NCBI RefSeq assembly: GCF_036321535.1
Contig: NC_087436.1
Location: 47,866,001-47,930,000, forward strand
Length of the DNA stretch: 64,000 bases
Source: Camelus dromedarius
Lineage: Eukaryota
Reading direction: 5' to 3'
The notes below the pieces were generated by a model. It saw nothing but the letters and a program-made list of their open reading frames with translations, was not told where the DNA came from and made no database searches. Below are positions 13,750 through 28,589 of this stretch, piece after piece. Positions within the stretch are counted from its first letter, which is position 1, and every line of letters starts with the position of its first letter. Position numbers and translations under genes: made by a program.

Positions 13750-14067
13750 ATTTCACGTATACATATATAGTTTTATGTCACAAATTTAAAAGTAAATGAA
13801 GCAAAGTACACTGTATCACGTTTACGAATTTTGCATAAGAAAAAAGAGAACGATTCTGAATAGAAAAATAGAGGGGAACTAATACTGGGTAAAGGAAAAA
13901 TACAGCTTCGGAAAATGTCACCTGTTTCAATACATCCAATTCAGTGTGAAAAGAGAACTTTCAGGAGAGAACTGTAGGAGTCACCCCAGATTGCATGGGC
14001 ACTGTCATGGCAGACAGGACCCACCACACATGTAGGATATGGGCCCTTCACGCTGTTGCTATGGCCC

Positions 14068-14300
14068 ACGGTACAGTAGTTCAGCACACAGACTCTGGAT
14101 CCAGACTGCCTGGATTTTGATCTTGGTTCTATCATTCATGAGCTGAAGAACTTGCTGGTTAATTCAGTTTCTGCTGGCTAAATTCCCTGATCCCCAAAGC
14201 AGGGCTGGTAAAATTCTCTAATTCAGAGAGCTGCTCTGATTTTAAAACTTTGGCACTTGAAACAACCTCTAGTGCCCTCAAATGATTAGCTGTTATTATT
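14068..14300 (+). mobile_element. MIR
   Basis: CAGACTCTGGATCCAGACTGCCTGGATT... and tail TTAGCTGTTATT. Confidence 0.75.
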
Positions 14301-14569
14301 TTTGTTTCCATTAGTGTTTGTTTCTGGTATTACCATTCTCCTGAGATCTCTTATTAACCCTGCCCCAAGTTGTCTTCAACTGACAATCTCAATGTCCAGT
14401 TCACCAAGATTGTTAAGTCCTTCGGTGTCATCTCCCTCTATTTCTCATCTCTTATTAATTAGTTTATCTATAAAAACAAACTTCCTTCCAGTCTTCTAGG
14501 GATGTGGTATCCCTCCTGTTGTGGGCTAGCTCATCTTGTCCTTGAGTCCATCTAATCATTTGTCCATTT

Positions 14570-15270
14570 TGGATCCACTTTATTTGCTCTACTTCACTCC
14601 TTTATGATTCCCTTGGACTATTCTAATTTCCAAACTAGTTTCCTTGTCCTCTTTCAAATTGTTCTGCACAGTTTGGCCAGACTAGACTTTTCAAGTTATT
14701 TTTGTTCAACTTTTTCCTTTATGTAAATCCTTTCAGTGGTATCCCTTTGTTCTTAGAATGAAGTGCTAACTCCATAACACAGGCTGCATGATCTGGCTTC
14801 CACCTACATCTTCTTCCACACCTCCCACCACATGCCACCTCTTTTATTGTGTCTCCAGCTGCCCTGCTCTTCTCTATGTCCCACTAACAGGACAAGCTCC
14901 TTCCCATCCTGCTCATGTGGTCCCCTTTGCTTCGAATGCCCTTCTGCCACCCCAGCATTATTTTTAACCTGGTTTGATACTATCCATCTTATCATAACTT
15001 CAACATCACTTTATCAAGAGGACTTCTCTGACACTCCAGACTTGTTGATCATTACTTTCTCTTAAAGTATCCTGGAATTTCTCTTCCCACCCTAAGGTAT
15101 TCCAGTGTTGCCCATGATAGTTATCTAAATTGCAGATTTAATGTTTACTTGTTCTATTCTTAATAACTCAACTGAAACTGTAGCAAAGTCTAGGACTATG
15201 TCTTCTTGCTCACTGTTGTGTGTCTAGCACAAAATGGTCAATTATTTTTGAATAAATGAATGAACAAATG
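14570..15270 (+). mobile_element. L2 3' fragment
   Basis: Pyrimidine-rich L2 body ending TTTTGAATAAATGAATGAACAAATG. Confidence 0.7.
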
Positions 15271-16932
15271 CTGCTGACATCACTAGGAATTCCAATGGTA
15301 GAAAAATTCCTCCACCCTCCTCTTCAGGCTATCAAATTTCACAATTCACTACATGAGTGTTGACAGTAGCCTCAGCTTTAACCTCTGTTACCAGCAGAAA
15401 AACTAAGTAAGAATTTTTGCTATTTCAAATTGAATTATGATGAATCAATCTCCTTACCCTTTCAAAATTCTCTAATATAAAATAATGTGATTATGTGATT
15501 TTTATAATTGAAAAGTACCATAAGTGACTTTGGGTGCATTATTTATGGCCACCTATAAGTTTGTGCTCAATAGCTGAAACTTGAGCAGTTAATCTCTCTT
15601 TGACTTAATTTTCTCATTTTAAAATGTGAATATATGTTTAATCATTTATCTAAAGTCTTAGAGGCATTTTTGGACTATAGTATGTACTCAGTAAATGATA
15701 GACATTCTTTATGGTTCTTATTATTAATATTAAAGCCAGATATGGCAGCTATACCTAAGGCCTTTAAATATACATTTTCAATGTAAATAAGAATATTACG
15801 TACCAGGATACTCATTATAACTAATCAAAGAGCAAACTACACCACTGGAAGGGGCCAAGAACAGAATCTGGAATCCTGCAGGTATGAAGTACATGTTTGT
15901 TGAAAGAGGGAATTAATAATAGAGTAATTATAATACTGCAGATCTTCCATTTCTTGGATATGCAGGGAAAACTGAAGTAGCTTCAAAACTAAAGGGTTAA
16001 CTTAAAATTTTTATAAATGAAATCATATATCCATGTTGGTTGATAAATCTACTTTTTTTGTATATTACTTTGGATTTTCAAGTGTAATTTCAGTATAGTT
16101 AAGTATTTAAATTAAAATTGATAAGGAAGTGGATAAAAAAGTAATATGAACTCTTTTATGTTGAATTAATTTTTTTTAATCTCTGTAATACTTCCTAGAT
16201 GTGGTAAAACCCTTCTCAAAAGGTTTTGAGTCCCATGCTACCGTTTCTGACAATGAACCCTATATAGGATACTTTGTAAGTGTCTCTCTAATTGTTTTAT
16301 CTTGGGGGTTGAGAGAAGAGTATCGGTATCTGTCTATGGCAAATATCCCAGGAGTGAGAGTGAACAGTAGGATAAACATGTAAGATAGCTGGCGCTCTGG
16401 CTGTATCCCACGGAGAGGCGCCTCTGCTCCCAGCTTCTCTCAGGGAAGATTCAGCTAGCTATTGACAAATATTGCCTTCCTTAATAAAGTCCTTGAACCC
16501 AATGCAGCCCCTGCTTCCCTGAACTGATCTTAGTAGTAATAAGCAGATGGAAGGTAAGCACCTGTTTCTACTGTCATGGCGTGGATTACTGAGACACATT
16601 TTCTTATGAAGAGTTAGTTGGAATGCATGGATGGTCATGTTGGGAGGAAGTTCTGTGGTGTTTTTGAGCGCTGGTCACAAATAATAAAAGCCACAATGGG
16701 CATTCTAGATCTATACAGTTAGGGAGACAAGCCAGGAGGCAGCCCTACTTTCCCATTTATCTTTGTGCAGGAGCAAAGAGGATTCATATACCCAAACATA
16801 GCTAAGGAGAAGCATTAACATTCCACAAGTCAAAAGTCACAATTATTCTTAGGAGCCAGAGCTGTTCCTGGGAAAGAACCTTGAGACACAAAGGGAAAAC
16901 TGGGAATAGACATTACTGGAGCAACTTATAGT

Positions 16933-17304
16933 TGTATTTACTACATGTCCCCTCCACCTCCAGAAAATAAATTCATATGCTGAAACCCTAATCCCCAGGG
17001 TGACAGTATTTGGAGGTGGGGGCCTTGGGAGGTCATCAAGTCATGCGGGTAGAGCCTTCATGTAGGATTAGTGCTCTTACAAAAAGAAGTGGTATGAAAT
17101 CTCTCTTTGTCTGCATGCGCACACCAAGGAAAGGCCACATGAGGACATAACCAGGAAGGCAAGGTGGCTCTCACCAAGAACTTGACCACACTGACACCAT
17201 GATCTCTGACTTCTAGCCTCCAGAATCATAAGAAATAAATGTTTGTTGTTTAAGCCACCTATTCTATGGTAATTTTTTTATAGCAGTCCAAACTGAGGAA
17301 AACA
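16933..17304 (+). mobile_element. MLT1A-like MaLR solo LTR
   Basis: AATTCATATGCTGAAACCCTAATCCCCA...GACTTCTAGCCTCCAGAA...AGAAATAAATGTTTGTTGTTTAAGCCACC. Confidence 0.85.
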
Positions 17305-19439
17305 CTAAGTTTCTAAGATTGATAGCTCAATTCGTTCAAACTATCAAGCTCATTTTGAGGGTAATTGTCTTTCAAATTGTGTAACTTTCTTGGAAGCCTT
17401 TCTGAAACTACCATAGTTGAATTAATGAATATGTTAGACTGGAAACAAATAAGCCTAAAGAATATTGCAGAAGTCAGTGTGTACACAGTCGAAGTACACA
17501 AAGTGCAAAGTCAAAGGTGGAGAGCTGGAGGTGATGCAGATGCTACTTGTCCGGTTTTCTTACTTATAAGTAAGCTCTACAGTGACGCTCCAAGTGCCCT
17601 GGCTGCACAACAGAGTCATCAACAAGAGCTTACAAGACAGGAAACGTAATTGTCACAAAAACCATAGGATTTGGAATTAGACCTGCTAGCTCTCCAAACC
17701 TGGCTCTGCCACTTAGAATTTTATGTTGATTTACAACAATCTAGGTGAAAGTTTAAATAGAAAAACATGGAAATTGGTGAGAAGAGGGAAAAGGCATGCT
17801 TTATAAAATAACTTATCACTTCATAAAACGTTTAACCAAAAGATCCTTGTTAAAGAGAATGCAAACATACGAAATTAAAAATACTTACCTTTTTAGTAAT
17901 GAATTTACTGCCTATTATGAGATTGTTACTCTTGTGCAAAAATATCCATCTCCCTGTAAAATTAAGAATGTAATAAGTCCAGACCAATGAATTTCAAATT
18001 CTATTCCGTGAAATTCTTGAGTTTGAGCAATAATTTAAAGAGGTTCATTGAAATACAATGTGGTCACAGAAGACATGCTTTAACGTCGCCACTTTGGGGA
18101 CCTGATGCTGACAATGAAATTACATGAGGGATAGTAAATAAAGCTGTCTGCCTTGGTTTGGGGAATCTGGAACTGTGTTAGAGAAGCAGTGACTAATTTA
18201 TGATGGGTATTTGGAGAAGAGATAGTCTGTCAAAATAAATGTATCTTTCCACTTTTCTTGAGAGGAAACAAGCTGTTTTATGAATTTCCTTGGAATCCTT
18301 AAAAATAGCAGGGAGAGAAATGCTTCCATTATTCATGGCATGCTTTGTTTTTGCAAGTTGAACAGGCCAAAGCTTTTGCACCTGTATCGGTGAAGCTGGA
18401 AAGCTCCCCGCCGTGCTGGATATTGAACTTTTTAGGTAAGATCCAAACCAACAGCTCATAGCCCTCCTACCCAGGTTCTCTGGGCTTCCTCAGTCAAAGG
18501 ACTAACTTTAGTCACACACAAATTCTGAAGTTTAGGAAAGTCAAACACAGTGGAGAGGACAGCAGGGCGTAGGGTGACCCAACTATAGTTATAGAAAGGC
18601 AGAATTGACACTTCAAATTATTTGGTCCCCTTGCTTCAGACGGTTTAATCTACCTGAAAAATCTCCCATAATTTCTTTCCCCCATCCTCAAATTTAATCC
18701 TCTATTTTTGTGAAGCTTCTGAAGACTGGTAATTTTGGGGTTGAAAGCTCAAGCTCATCTTCATCTGTCAATTGGATATTCTATCAGTTCATTGCAAGGA
18801 TGTGATAAAGACTAAATGGAAAAATGTATATGCAGCCCTTTGTGGAATGCCTGGCACACAAAAGACATTCCCTGAGTGATAATTAAATCAAGGCTAAGAC
18901 CTGCATCTGTATTCTTTGAGCTAGTGTCATAGCAATATTACCCTCAAGTGATTCTTTCTTTATTTTATTCTCAGAGGCTGTCTCAGGTGCACAGTAGGAG
19001 AGCACGTGATAGGTCTTTGATTCTGAAAACGAATTTTGAATACTTGAAGGCTTACAGGTCATGACCCCGATCATCTATCAAAAGCCGGACAGCTTGCACA
19101 AACAGTTTTCACTCTACTAGAAACAAATGTGCTGGGTAAATTTGTGGATGGTATTTGGCAGATCTAGATCCTTTTGGAAGATATGGAGGAAAATAATGCT
19201 TCATAATTATTGTAAATTCAATTTAAAGTTGATTTAGAAATCTTTCTCTTTGGTTATTATGATTGTTTAAGTTCTGGCCCTCCTCTAATTACCATGATTT
19301 CTGGCCCCTTCCACTCCTCCTTTATTTCTTGCCAACGAGTAAAATCAAACCCTGCTGTGAAGATCCTTTTTCATTTCTCCAAACGAGCCTTGTCTTTTCA
19401 GGAATATAGAGAGTGAAGAAGAGAAAGTGAACTTCTGGT

Positions 19440-19740
19440 TGAACTGCTCAGCTCAGAATTCCCCTCGTCTGGGAAACTTTTTTCTACACTTTCCTTCCCC
19501 CACATCTCTATAGAAGTAATTATTCATAATTATTAATTTTCTGTGCTATCCCTGCACTCTGTACATATTGTTGATCTTTCCCTTTACCATACTGTACTAT
19601 AGCTTATTTCTTTACATACCTGCCTGCCTTCTGAGACTATGGGCTATTTGAGTGTCAAGGCTGTGCTGTAAACACCTTTGTATCCTGACCTGCTATTAGA
19701 ATATATACGTGGCAAGTGTTTATTGAACTAAATTGTTGAG
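19440..19740 (+). mobile_element. L2 3' fragment
   Basis: GACTATGGGCTATTTGAGTGTCAAGGCTGTG...TTTGTATCC...TTATTGAA. Confidence 0.5.
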
Positions 19741-22700
19741 TTCTTGAGTCATTACTATTATTTAGTTAACACGTTTTGAAGACATTGTCTACATGTCCAT
19801 TTCCACAACAAATGATCAGTGATAACTATTTGGCTAAGCCATGATTTTGAAAATGTTTTCTTTGCAATACATTCATGTTTTCTGCTTTAAAAAGCTAGCA
19901 TTGTTGTTATTAATGTTTTTAAATCTCTAAACTCTTGGCAGTGAATTACTTCTGCTTCACATGCAGCTTTAAGCTCTTGGTGAAAAGTTTCCTGACTGTT
20001 CTGTGTTTTCTGATGAATGTTTTCCTGTTGGGTATGTTTAAGTTATTTACTTTTCCTGTAATGAAAAATTCTGTCTGAGTGTACAGTGCTTCCCTACCTA
20101 AGTTGTTACATAAATATCCTAGATTTAATTGTCCCTAAGGAAGTAGCCTGAATTTAAAAGATTTATTTTCTCTCTGTTGTTCCTCTGATAAATAAATTCA
20201 GCAAAGACAGAAAGGCTGTTCTTTGGAATATCATATACTATGTTGTTGTTTAACTACCTTCATTTGTTTTGAAAAGATAAAGGTGAGAATATATAATTTA
20301 ATAACTGAATTCCATATATCTCTCCTCCTTATTTTCAACTTTTCAACTTTTTTACTTTATAAACTTCCAAAACACCTGCATTAGAATGTTCATACTAAGT
20401 TTTTCCTATACTCTCTTATAAGAGATAGAAAAAAGCAAGATGAGCAAGATGTATACATATATATGATTAATGATATGACCACATATTAACAATAACAGTA
20501 AAATAATTTTCTATATACAGTTAAGGCAAAAAGGCAAAAAACAATTTCACTATACAGAACTAAATCCTTTTCTGGATAATGGCAAACAAGTAAGATACAC
20601 AAATATTTTAATAGATTTAAAATTATATTTAAAGTAAAGTGATCTCTGCATCCTGTTACATTACAGAATTTAAAGGGACGTTCATGTTAGTTGTTTTAAA
20701 GATGAGGTTCAGTTACTTGTCTAGGGTCACACACCTAGTTAGTAGCAGAGTTCTTGTGACTTGCAGACTAAGGCCCTGTTATTCTTAGACAAACAAGTCA
20801 GAAGGACACTTTAGACCACTAATTGTCAATGCATTTCAGTTATCTCATTATTAACCATGATGATTACATAACAGGCTTTGTTTTGATGCCAAATTTTTAT
20901 TATTTTCATTACAAGGCCTAGTAAAATATGCAGAAAGTTACTGCTTAGTGTTTGTTTCTTTTTTCACTTAACATGTATTTAACACCATCAGCCTGCTGCA
21001 TGGTGTTAGGCATGTAGGCTAGCCAAGTGTCTGGATGCACTTGTGCCCTGGAAAGACATAACTGCAGGAGAAGAACCAGCCCTGTGAGCACTATTCTGAA
21101 TATTAAAAGTCCTGTTTAATATTTGATGAAGAGAGCGTCTGAGCAAAGACAGGTGATATTCTTGGAGTTGTCTATGTTTAAGGAAAGAAAACTTTCAAAG
21201 GAACATAACTGGGCACACCTGAAACTGTAAAATAGATCAGTGGGGCTCTCTTGTCTACACCTGAGACTGTTTTCTTGGTGTCGTTGCTTTACAGCCTCTG
21301 CCCATTTGTACCCAGTAGACTCTGCTCCACCCACGCAGGATTCCTGCCATCATGTTTGTGGCTTAGTGTCTTTGTCGTTCCTGTGGCCTCTGTCACCTTC
21401 CTCCAGTTCACTATTTCCTATTCATTCCTCAAACCTCAAGTCAAATATCATCTCTGCTTGGAAGCATTTCTTGGCCACCCTAAGGCTGAATTTATTACTC
21501 AGTCATTTGAAATGCTATATCTAGTTGGAGTGACCACTATTATAAAATTCTGATATATTTACTTTGATTTATTGTGATTTTGCACTTTAGTAACTCATTT
21601 AAATAAGAATGAATCCTAACATTTTTCTAATCCTACAAATGATACGTGGCTCTTATGAGGAGAAATGTCCTCTTCCTCAGGAATTGGATTTTAACCATTT
21701 AAACCAATCCTGTGTTATCTCCTACAGTGATTATTTAAATATTCACCTCATAGTATGGAGAGATGGGTTGATTAGAGTTTACTTCAGAGCTTTCTCAATT
21801 TTCTGACTTATTACAGGGGTGAGTCAATTCCTCTCTCTCAGTGTGGACTCTGGAAACACTAATTTTTGTGCACTGAGGAGATTAAGCAAACCAAGGACTA
21901 CAGGTGGAGAACAGAATGTGTGCCCCAAGGAATGAAAATTTTGGAGTTCCTTTAATCAATCTGTTCCTCAAAAAATGTTTTCTGTATTTAAACATAAGAA
22001 TACTTTCATGTTCAAATTGCTTGATTAGTAAAATTACCATAATCACCTTTAGAAGTAAGGTTGGAATACCAAGCACTATAGGAACCCTAAACAGTTATAG
22101 CAGGTACGGTACACTATTTATTTTACATTGTTTATATTATTGGTTCTTTAATACATCATTTGCCTCTTTCATCTTCTGGAATAATATCATTTACTCGATT
22201 GCCTCATCAGTGCCCCTTTTAGTAGAGATTATTTCAATATGTCACACTTCAGAAAAAATTTCAGATCTTGGAGAGCTTAAAATTTTTGCTTTACTTTCCT
22301 CCAAAACTGCTTTGTGTATTAGGTCATAAAGATTCCCTAAACCCAAATCAGACACATTCGATTTTGTATGGTTACAATTTCTTTGTTTGAGATAAATATT
22401 ATCTATAGCTGTATGAATATGTTTTAAATTATTTTATGATGTCTTGAGAAATTATCTCCATTGTGACATCAGAAACAATTTTGAATTTTTCAGTTGATCT
22501 TCTAGGTTAGTCATTGATGTTTTCTCATTTCCTTCCTCCCACCCCCAAACTTTCCTGTGAAACCAACATCTCTAAACAATTATCAGAGTGAATGTAATGT
22601 CTGGCTTGTTTCTAAAATCTTTATTTAGTTCTGAAATATATTTATACCACATACCTATGAATGTTATAGAGGTAATACTATTGATTTTAAACTTCATAAA

Positions 22701-23029
22701 ACATAATGGACTGAATAATTTCAAACATGTCTAATGAATCTTCTAAGGTACCTATATTTTAGTTAACTCTTAATAGAAACCAAAGCCCTCTGAAGGGAAC
22801 ACAAATCATGCAATAATACCCTTAGAGTATGAATTAATGATTCAGATCATTACTGTTTGTTTCTTAATGCTGTCTCCTGTGGTTTTACCCTGTTTCCCCA
22901 GAGAGAAAGAATGTGTAAGTATTCTTGTGGTAATCGGGATTGTTTTTACATTAGTTTCTACAGTAGAAAAATTAATCCTTGCCTCCATGATCACATCCTT
23001 TCTGAAAAGTACCTGTGCCCCCTGGAAGC

Positions 23030-23440
23030 TTCCACTCTGGGAGATGATGAACCTAGGTAGGTTCTTTATACCAGGTGACCCTGCCCCTGAAGGAACCCAA
23101 AAAGATTCTCTTAGCCAGGAATTTGGAATTTAGAAAGATCAAACTGAATAAGTCATCCAGCTGAGAAAAACTGAGTCCCAAGATAACAAAGAGATATGAC
23201 TGAAAGTTGGCTCTAAAAAGCCAAGTTGGAATGAGTCAGAAGCACAAAGCCAGGCAAGAACAGGAGACAAGAAAGCAGAGGGAGTGGTCTGGTTCTCAGC
23301 TGTTAGGTCTGGGTCCATGCGACCAAGCTGCCCTGTGCTTTTCTGTCTTACCCTCAGATGCTATCAAATTTTCTACCTGCTTCAAATTTTCTATGCAAGC
23401 TTGAGTAAATTTTTGTCAATTGCAACCTAATAATCCTAAG
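23030..23440 (+). mobile_element. Old LTR fragment (ERVL-like)
   Basis: Ends AAGCTTGAGTAAATTTTTGTCAATTGCAACCTAATAATCCTAA, similar to ERVL/MaLR LTR 3' ends. Confidence 0.4.
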
Positions 23441-23844
23441 AGGTATTTAAAAATCAAAAAGTATTTATAAATTTGATAATACCTGAGAGGTATTATAAGA
23501 GTGAAAGAGATTCTCCTCACAGTTCCATTTTCTATAAAATTACCAGATGCAGAGTATGTGAGTAATAAAATATATACATTTTAATCTGAAAAAGAACGTT
23601 TCGATCTTAAGGTGTATTTCCATATTAGAAAATCATAACAACTTTTTTTCACGTGGTTGTCATGTCAGATGTTCTCTAGTAAATTCTCAAACATCTTGGT
23701 CCCAATCAAACCTGAACTCCAGCATGTGTTAAGCTTGAACTTAATGGAAAGTATACTTATTTGCTCAAGTAACAAATGTCCCTAGCCTGGAATCTTTCCA
23801 ACCTGTGCTCTTATTTATTCCAAATTCAGGATATTTTTATGTAA

Positions 23845-24315
23845 GACTATTTTGATTATAAGTGACAATACCCCAGCCTTGAACTAGCTTAGGCGAAAAA
23901 GGAAATGCATTGGCTCTCATAATAGGATCCTATAACATTAGATTTTGGGTCTGGCTCAAATCATGAGTAGGAATTCTTCTCTCTTTGTCTCTTGACTCTG
24001 CTTTCCTCTTGGAGAGCCTTCTTTCTTAGGTAGGTTCTCTCCTATCTTATACTCTTCCAGTTCAGAAATCTTGACAAAAGGAAAACTTCTCATTATCAAT
24101 GTTTCCAGCAAATGTCTGACTGTGCTGCTAAGGATCAGCTTCTGTCACCTGGGTCAGAAAGCGCTCAGTTGCAAGGTCTGGGTCTTATGTCCACTACTGA
24201 AGTGACATGAAGTAAGAATGGGACAAGGGGGACTGGGCAGTTTCACAGAGGAAAACCAAGATGCTTTTACTACAAGGAGAAGGACAGGTGGTGCTGGGAG
24301 GCTTAAGCAAAGATA
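23845..24315 (-). mobile_element. Old MLT1-type MaLR LTR
   Basis: ATAAGTGACAATACCC...AACTAGCTTAGGCGAAAAAGGAAATGCATTGGCTC. Confidence 0.6.
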
Positions 24316-25199
24316 TCCCCTATATATATTCCATACTTCTGCCATTTCTGTATTTATTCTGGCTTCGTCTGCCCATCCCAGTTGTTATAGCTTTGTTCTT
24401 CTCAGTTATGGCCTGTTGATCTACACATTCTTACACACTGATAGTGCATAATCTTCCAAATAGGATCCACCAATTCAAAAATCATTCATCCAGTGACAGT
24501 CTTAGGAGCGGAGACTGTTCATGTGATATGATTCTAAGAGTACCTGGATATTTCCTCTTTGTCCCAAATATTCCCTCCCACTACGTGACAGAGAGAGTAC
24601 TTTTTTGGATCCTAGGGGTCTTGGAGTTTTCCAGTTTTATTCGGACACAAATATCCCCTGAGAGCAGTAGTATCTTAAGCTACTCAGAGTTGGTGCTCTA
24701 GCAGGGATTAGCTGATGGCTAGTGATAAAACAGTGTTCCAAGGGACAGTGTCTAAGGGAGGTGGAATATTAGATGATTTTTGTTGGCACAGCATCAAAGA
24801 GTTACTTGGTCTAACTTCACAATTTTGCTTGTGGTTATTCTTACTCTAAGCCATTGTTTATATCTCTTCAACTCCAATGGAAAAATACAGATACATTATA
24901 ATGGATATAAGAGAAGAGAAAAAAAATGACAAAACGATTTATTATTCATAGATTTTTTTTTTAAATGAAGGGATTTCAAGTGTCAAACCACAAGGAAGAC
25001 AGACATGATAGCTATCCATCAGTGCTTGTGGAGTAAGATTCTATGTTAAACAAAGATAATATTATTATCTTTGCAAGTTTTTCTGGTAGGAGAAACTCAT
25101 TCCATAACAGACGGTGAGATTATGAAAAATATTATTAAATTCAAGTACAAAGCAATAATGTTTTATTGAATTGAATCGAAGAGGATTTAATTAAGCCTT

Positions 25200-25630
25200 T
25201 TAACCTTTAGTACCTTCTACATGTAAGGCATTAATATAGGTGTGTGGGATACATTCATTGATATGTAAAATAGACTGACCCTTACTGAGCTTGCATGTTA
25301 ATGAAGGATGTAGGCAATAATCAACAGAATAAATAAATAAAACATGTAGAATAATAGAAATAATTAGAAATAAGGAGGGCTATGTGGCGGTAGTGATGCA
25401 ATTTGAAGTAGGGTGGACTTGATTGGGAAAATGACATCTGGGCAAAGTCTTCTTGAACCACTGAGGAAATGAGCCACATGATGTTGGCAGGAAGAAGCTG
25501 TGGGCAGAGGGATTAGCCAGTGAGATGTTCCTGGTGAGAATGTGTCTGGAGATTCAGCAACAGCAGTGAGGCTGGTGTGTTGGGACTGAATAAATAAGGA
25601 GAGCAGGGGGAGATGAGAACACAGAGGGTA
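25200..25630 (-). mobile_element. L2 fragment
   Basis: ACCTTCTACATGTAAGGCATT...GACATCTGGGCAAAG...CAGCAGTGAGGCTGGTGTG. Confidence 0.7.
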
Positions 25631-27014
25631 ACATTGTATATTTTCTACCACAATACTTTAGTACCAATTGGTTGTATCCTCTGAGGTTCTAAGAGTTTAG
25701 CTATTACACTTTTAAAAATAAATATGTAAATATGATTAGATTAACACATTCTAAGCTATGGTCTTGTTTGGTTCAATGCCATTTTTACCTACCTTAAATT
25801 TCCTCAGTTTATAATCTCATTTTATAAATAAATGTGAACTATTTTCTAAATTGGTATCACTCCCATGTATGACAGAAGGATGTTCATAAAGATGTGTTTT
25901 CCTGATAGGGCTTAAGGGTGGGAAGCTGCTATGTGTGACTTTCCGCAGCCACAGACTGGATGATGATAAAAAGTACAAAGCCTTCCTGCAAAATATGCAT
26001 AAAAGTGGATAACTGCAAACAGTCTCCCTCTAGCGTCCAAGAAGGAAAATGCACAGACCTTACTTAAGTGGAATTTATTGGAAATGGTGCTTAAGTGAAG
26101 TTGGGATGAAGTTTGGTTTGGATCTGGCTACTGATGCCCTAGGCAACTGTGGACCAGTTATTGATCAGAATGTTCAATAAACAAAAAGGCTTGATTGCAT
26201 CACTGTGAAGTAACTAGCTGATAAAATTTATTCAAGATCAGCTTTTACTAAATGTGTTTGTCAGTTGTCAATTGTAATTTATATATAATCATTTATTTTT
26301 ATAGACTTATGTTAATATGAAACCCAGTTGATGGAGCTAAAGTATTTTGGGAAAAAATTACAAAACCAGAAAATCAGAGTTCCTACTCTTGATATAATAT
26401 ATTTTAAATTTTCTGTCCTGAGTATGTATTCCCAGCCCTGCCTCTGTCACTAAGTGACACAATTTATGGCTTCTTTCTTTCAGGGAATGTGGATGCTTAG
26501 GGAATAGCAATTTATTTAGTGTTAGCCTAAGTAAACACAAGAGAGCAGGTCTATGAAAGGAAATAAAATATTGCATTCCAAAAATGGGTCTTATGCTGTT
26601 ACTTGTTTTTTTTAGCAGTAAAGTTAAGAATTGATAAAATTTTAATTGACAGAATTTTATGTCTTTTACTAATTGTTTTGAAGGCCCTGAGTTCTTGCTC
26701 AGTGTTTCCTAGATATTAACAGTTTTAAATTTTGTTTTTCTTCCCATTCAAGTAATATGGGAATAAAAGTATATCTTAACATTTACATAAACAAAACAAA
26801 ACACAAATGAGCTATAAAAATTTAAATAATATTGAAATAGGTGTAATAAAAAAAATACCCTTCACCAACCCATTTCCCTCAGTCCTGAAGTGAAATGAAC
26901 ATTAGATGAAACCAGCATTAGGAGTATGAGTTTCATTTTAATGATCAGCTTGTGCAGATACACACACAAACACAGATTATATTTTTCTGCATTTTGCTTT
27001 TCTCATTTAACTAT

Positions 27015-27050
27015 ACGCGCGCACACACACACATACACACACACATATAA
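27015..27050. repeat. (CG)n(CA)n microsatellite
   Basis: Directly visible. Confidence 0.9.
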
Positions 27051-27507
27051 AAGCTACAGTTATTTGTATGTGACAACCGCTCATGGACCTCTTTTGTTCT
27101 GTCTCTGTCTCGCTATATGTCTGTTTACCTCCTTATCCATCTATCCATACATCCATCTGAATATCTAATCTCTCATTTTTAATATCACCTAGTAAGTCCC
27201 TATCTCCATCATTCGTCTTCTCCTCTCTCTGCTCTTCTGCATCAGTCTCTCTCACCAAAGACTGACTTTCTTTCCTTCCTGCCCACAAGACAAAAAATAT
27301 TACCAACAGCTTCTGGATTTGCATCTTCTTATATCAAAAACACAAACAGAATTAGACTATTATTTTTGTGCTAATTGCAAGTTTCACAGGGAAGGAAGGG
27401 GCTCAATGGCCTGATTGGGTCAGATGCAACACCAAATCTGTGTACCATAAGGCCAGAGGCAAATGGTGTTGTAGCAACATGACTGCCAGAAGATTTGTTC
27501 CGCAGCT

Positions 27508-27865
27508 AAAAGAAAGACAAATATTATATGATATCACTTATGTGTGGAATCTAAAAAATAATATAAATGAATCTATATACAAAACAGAAACAGACTTCCA
27601 GACATAGAAAGCAAACTTACGGCGACCAAAGGAAAGAGGGAGAGGTGAGGGACAAATTAGGAGTATGGATTAACAGATACAAACTACTATACATAAAATA
27701 GATAAATAACAAGGATTCACTGTATAGCACAGGGAATTATATCCTATATCTTGTAATAATCTATAATGGAAAATAGTCTGAAAAATATTTATAACTGAAT
27801 CACTTTGATGTACACCTGAAACTAACACAATATTGTACATCAAATATGCTTCAGTAGAAAAAGAA
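27508..27865 (+). mobile_element. 5'-truncated L1 3' UTR (artiodactyl-type)
   Basis: GACAAATATTATATGATATCACTTATGTGTGGAATCTAAAAA...CTGTATAGCACAGGGAA...ACACCTGAAACTAACACAATATTGTA; homologous, in opposite orientation, to 2600-2950. Confidence 0.9.
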
Positions 27866-28589
27866 TCACATACCATACAATACAAAAATAAAGAACTGTA
27901 GATGAGATGAGAGGCTTTTCTTAAAGAAAACTACTCTCTGCGAAGGAGGTGGGGGTCTGGGCATCCAATTCAGTACGTGTCCACTTATAGGTATACTTCC
28001 TCTTAAAAAATTTAATCCAGTTGTCAGACTTACCTCTCAGAGGTGAACCCAAGTATCAATAGCATTATTTTGTACATTTGTACAGGAATTATCTTCTTAT
28101 ACAACTATTTCTGGGACATTCTCATTTTTTTTTCTCCTCTAGCTTCTAAACCTGAATTACCACTATCCATTCCACACTATAAAATGCATTGCCTTGGGAT
28201 CTGAGTACACTGAATATTTTTCCCCCAAACTAAATCAGGACACACTGTCTAAAGTGTTATTATCGAAACAAAAGGATAGTGTTGAAATTGGATGTCATTT
28301 TAAAAAACTCAAAACATGCTTGTTCTAGATATATCTCCTGGTAAGAAATATAAACGGATAGTGGTTCTGAAGCCAACTTGTCATTGCAGAAGAATTTAGA
28401 AGGGGTTAATTCCTCATGAGGACTTTAAGAAAGTTACAGGCCTAATGTTTCAATGTTTTCGGTCCTCTTGAAAAGTTTTGAGGAATATAAAATGATATAA
28501 TTAATATTCATGAAGATATTTTGCCCCAAAGGCCACCTGTTTGTATAAATGGAGATCTTGCCTTAAATGTGTTATGATTATGGCTGTTT

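Noticed and set aside
21904..22329. 141-aa ORF
   Set aside because: Non-ATG start, I/F/L-biased composition typical of AT-rich non-coding DNA, no recognisable family.
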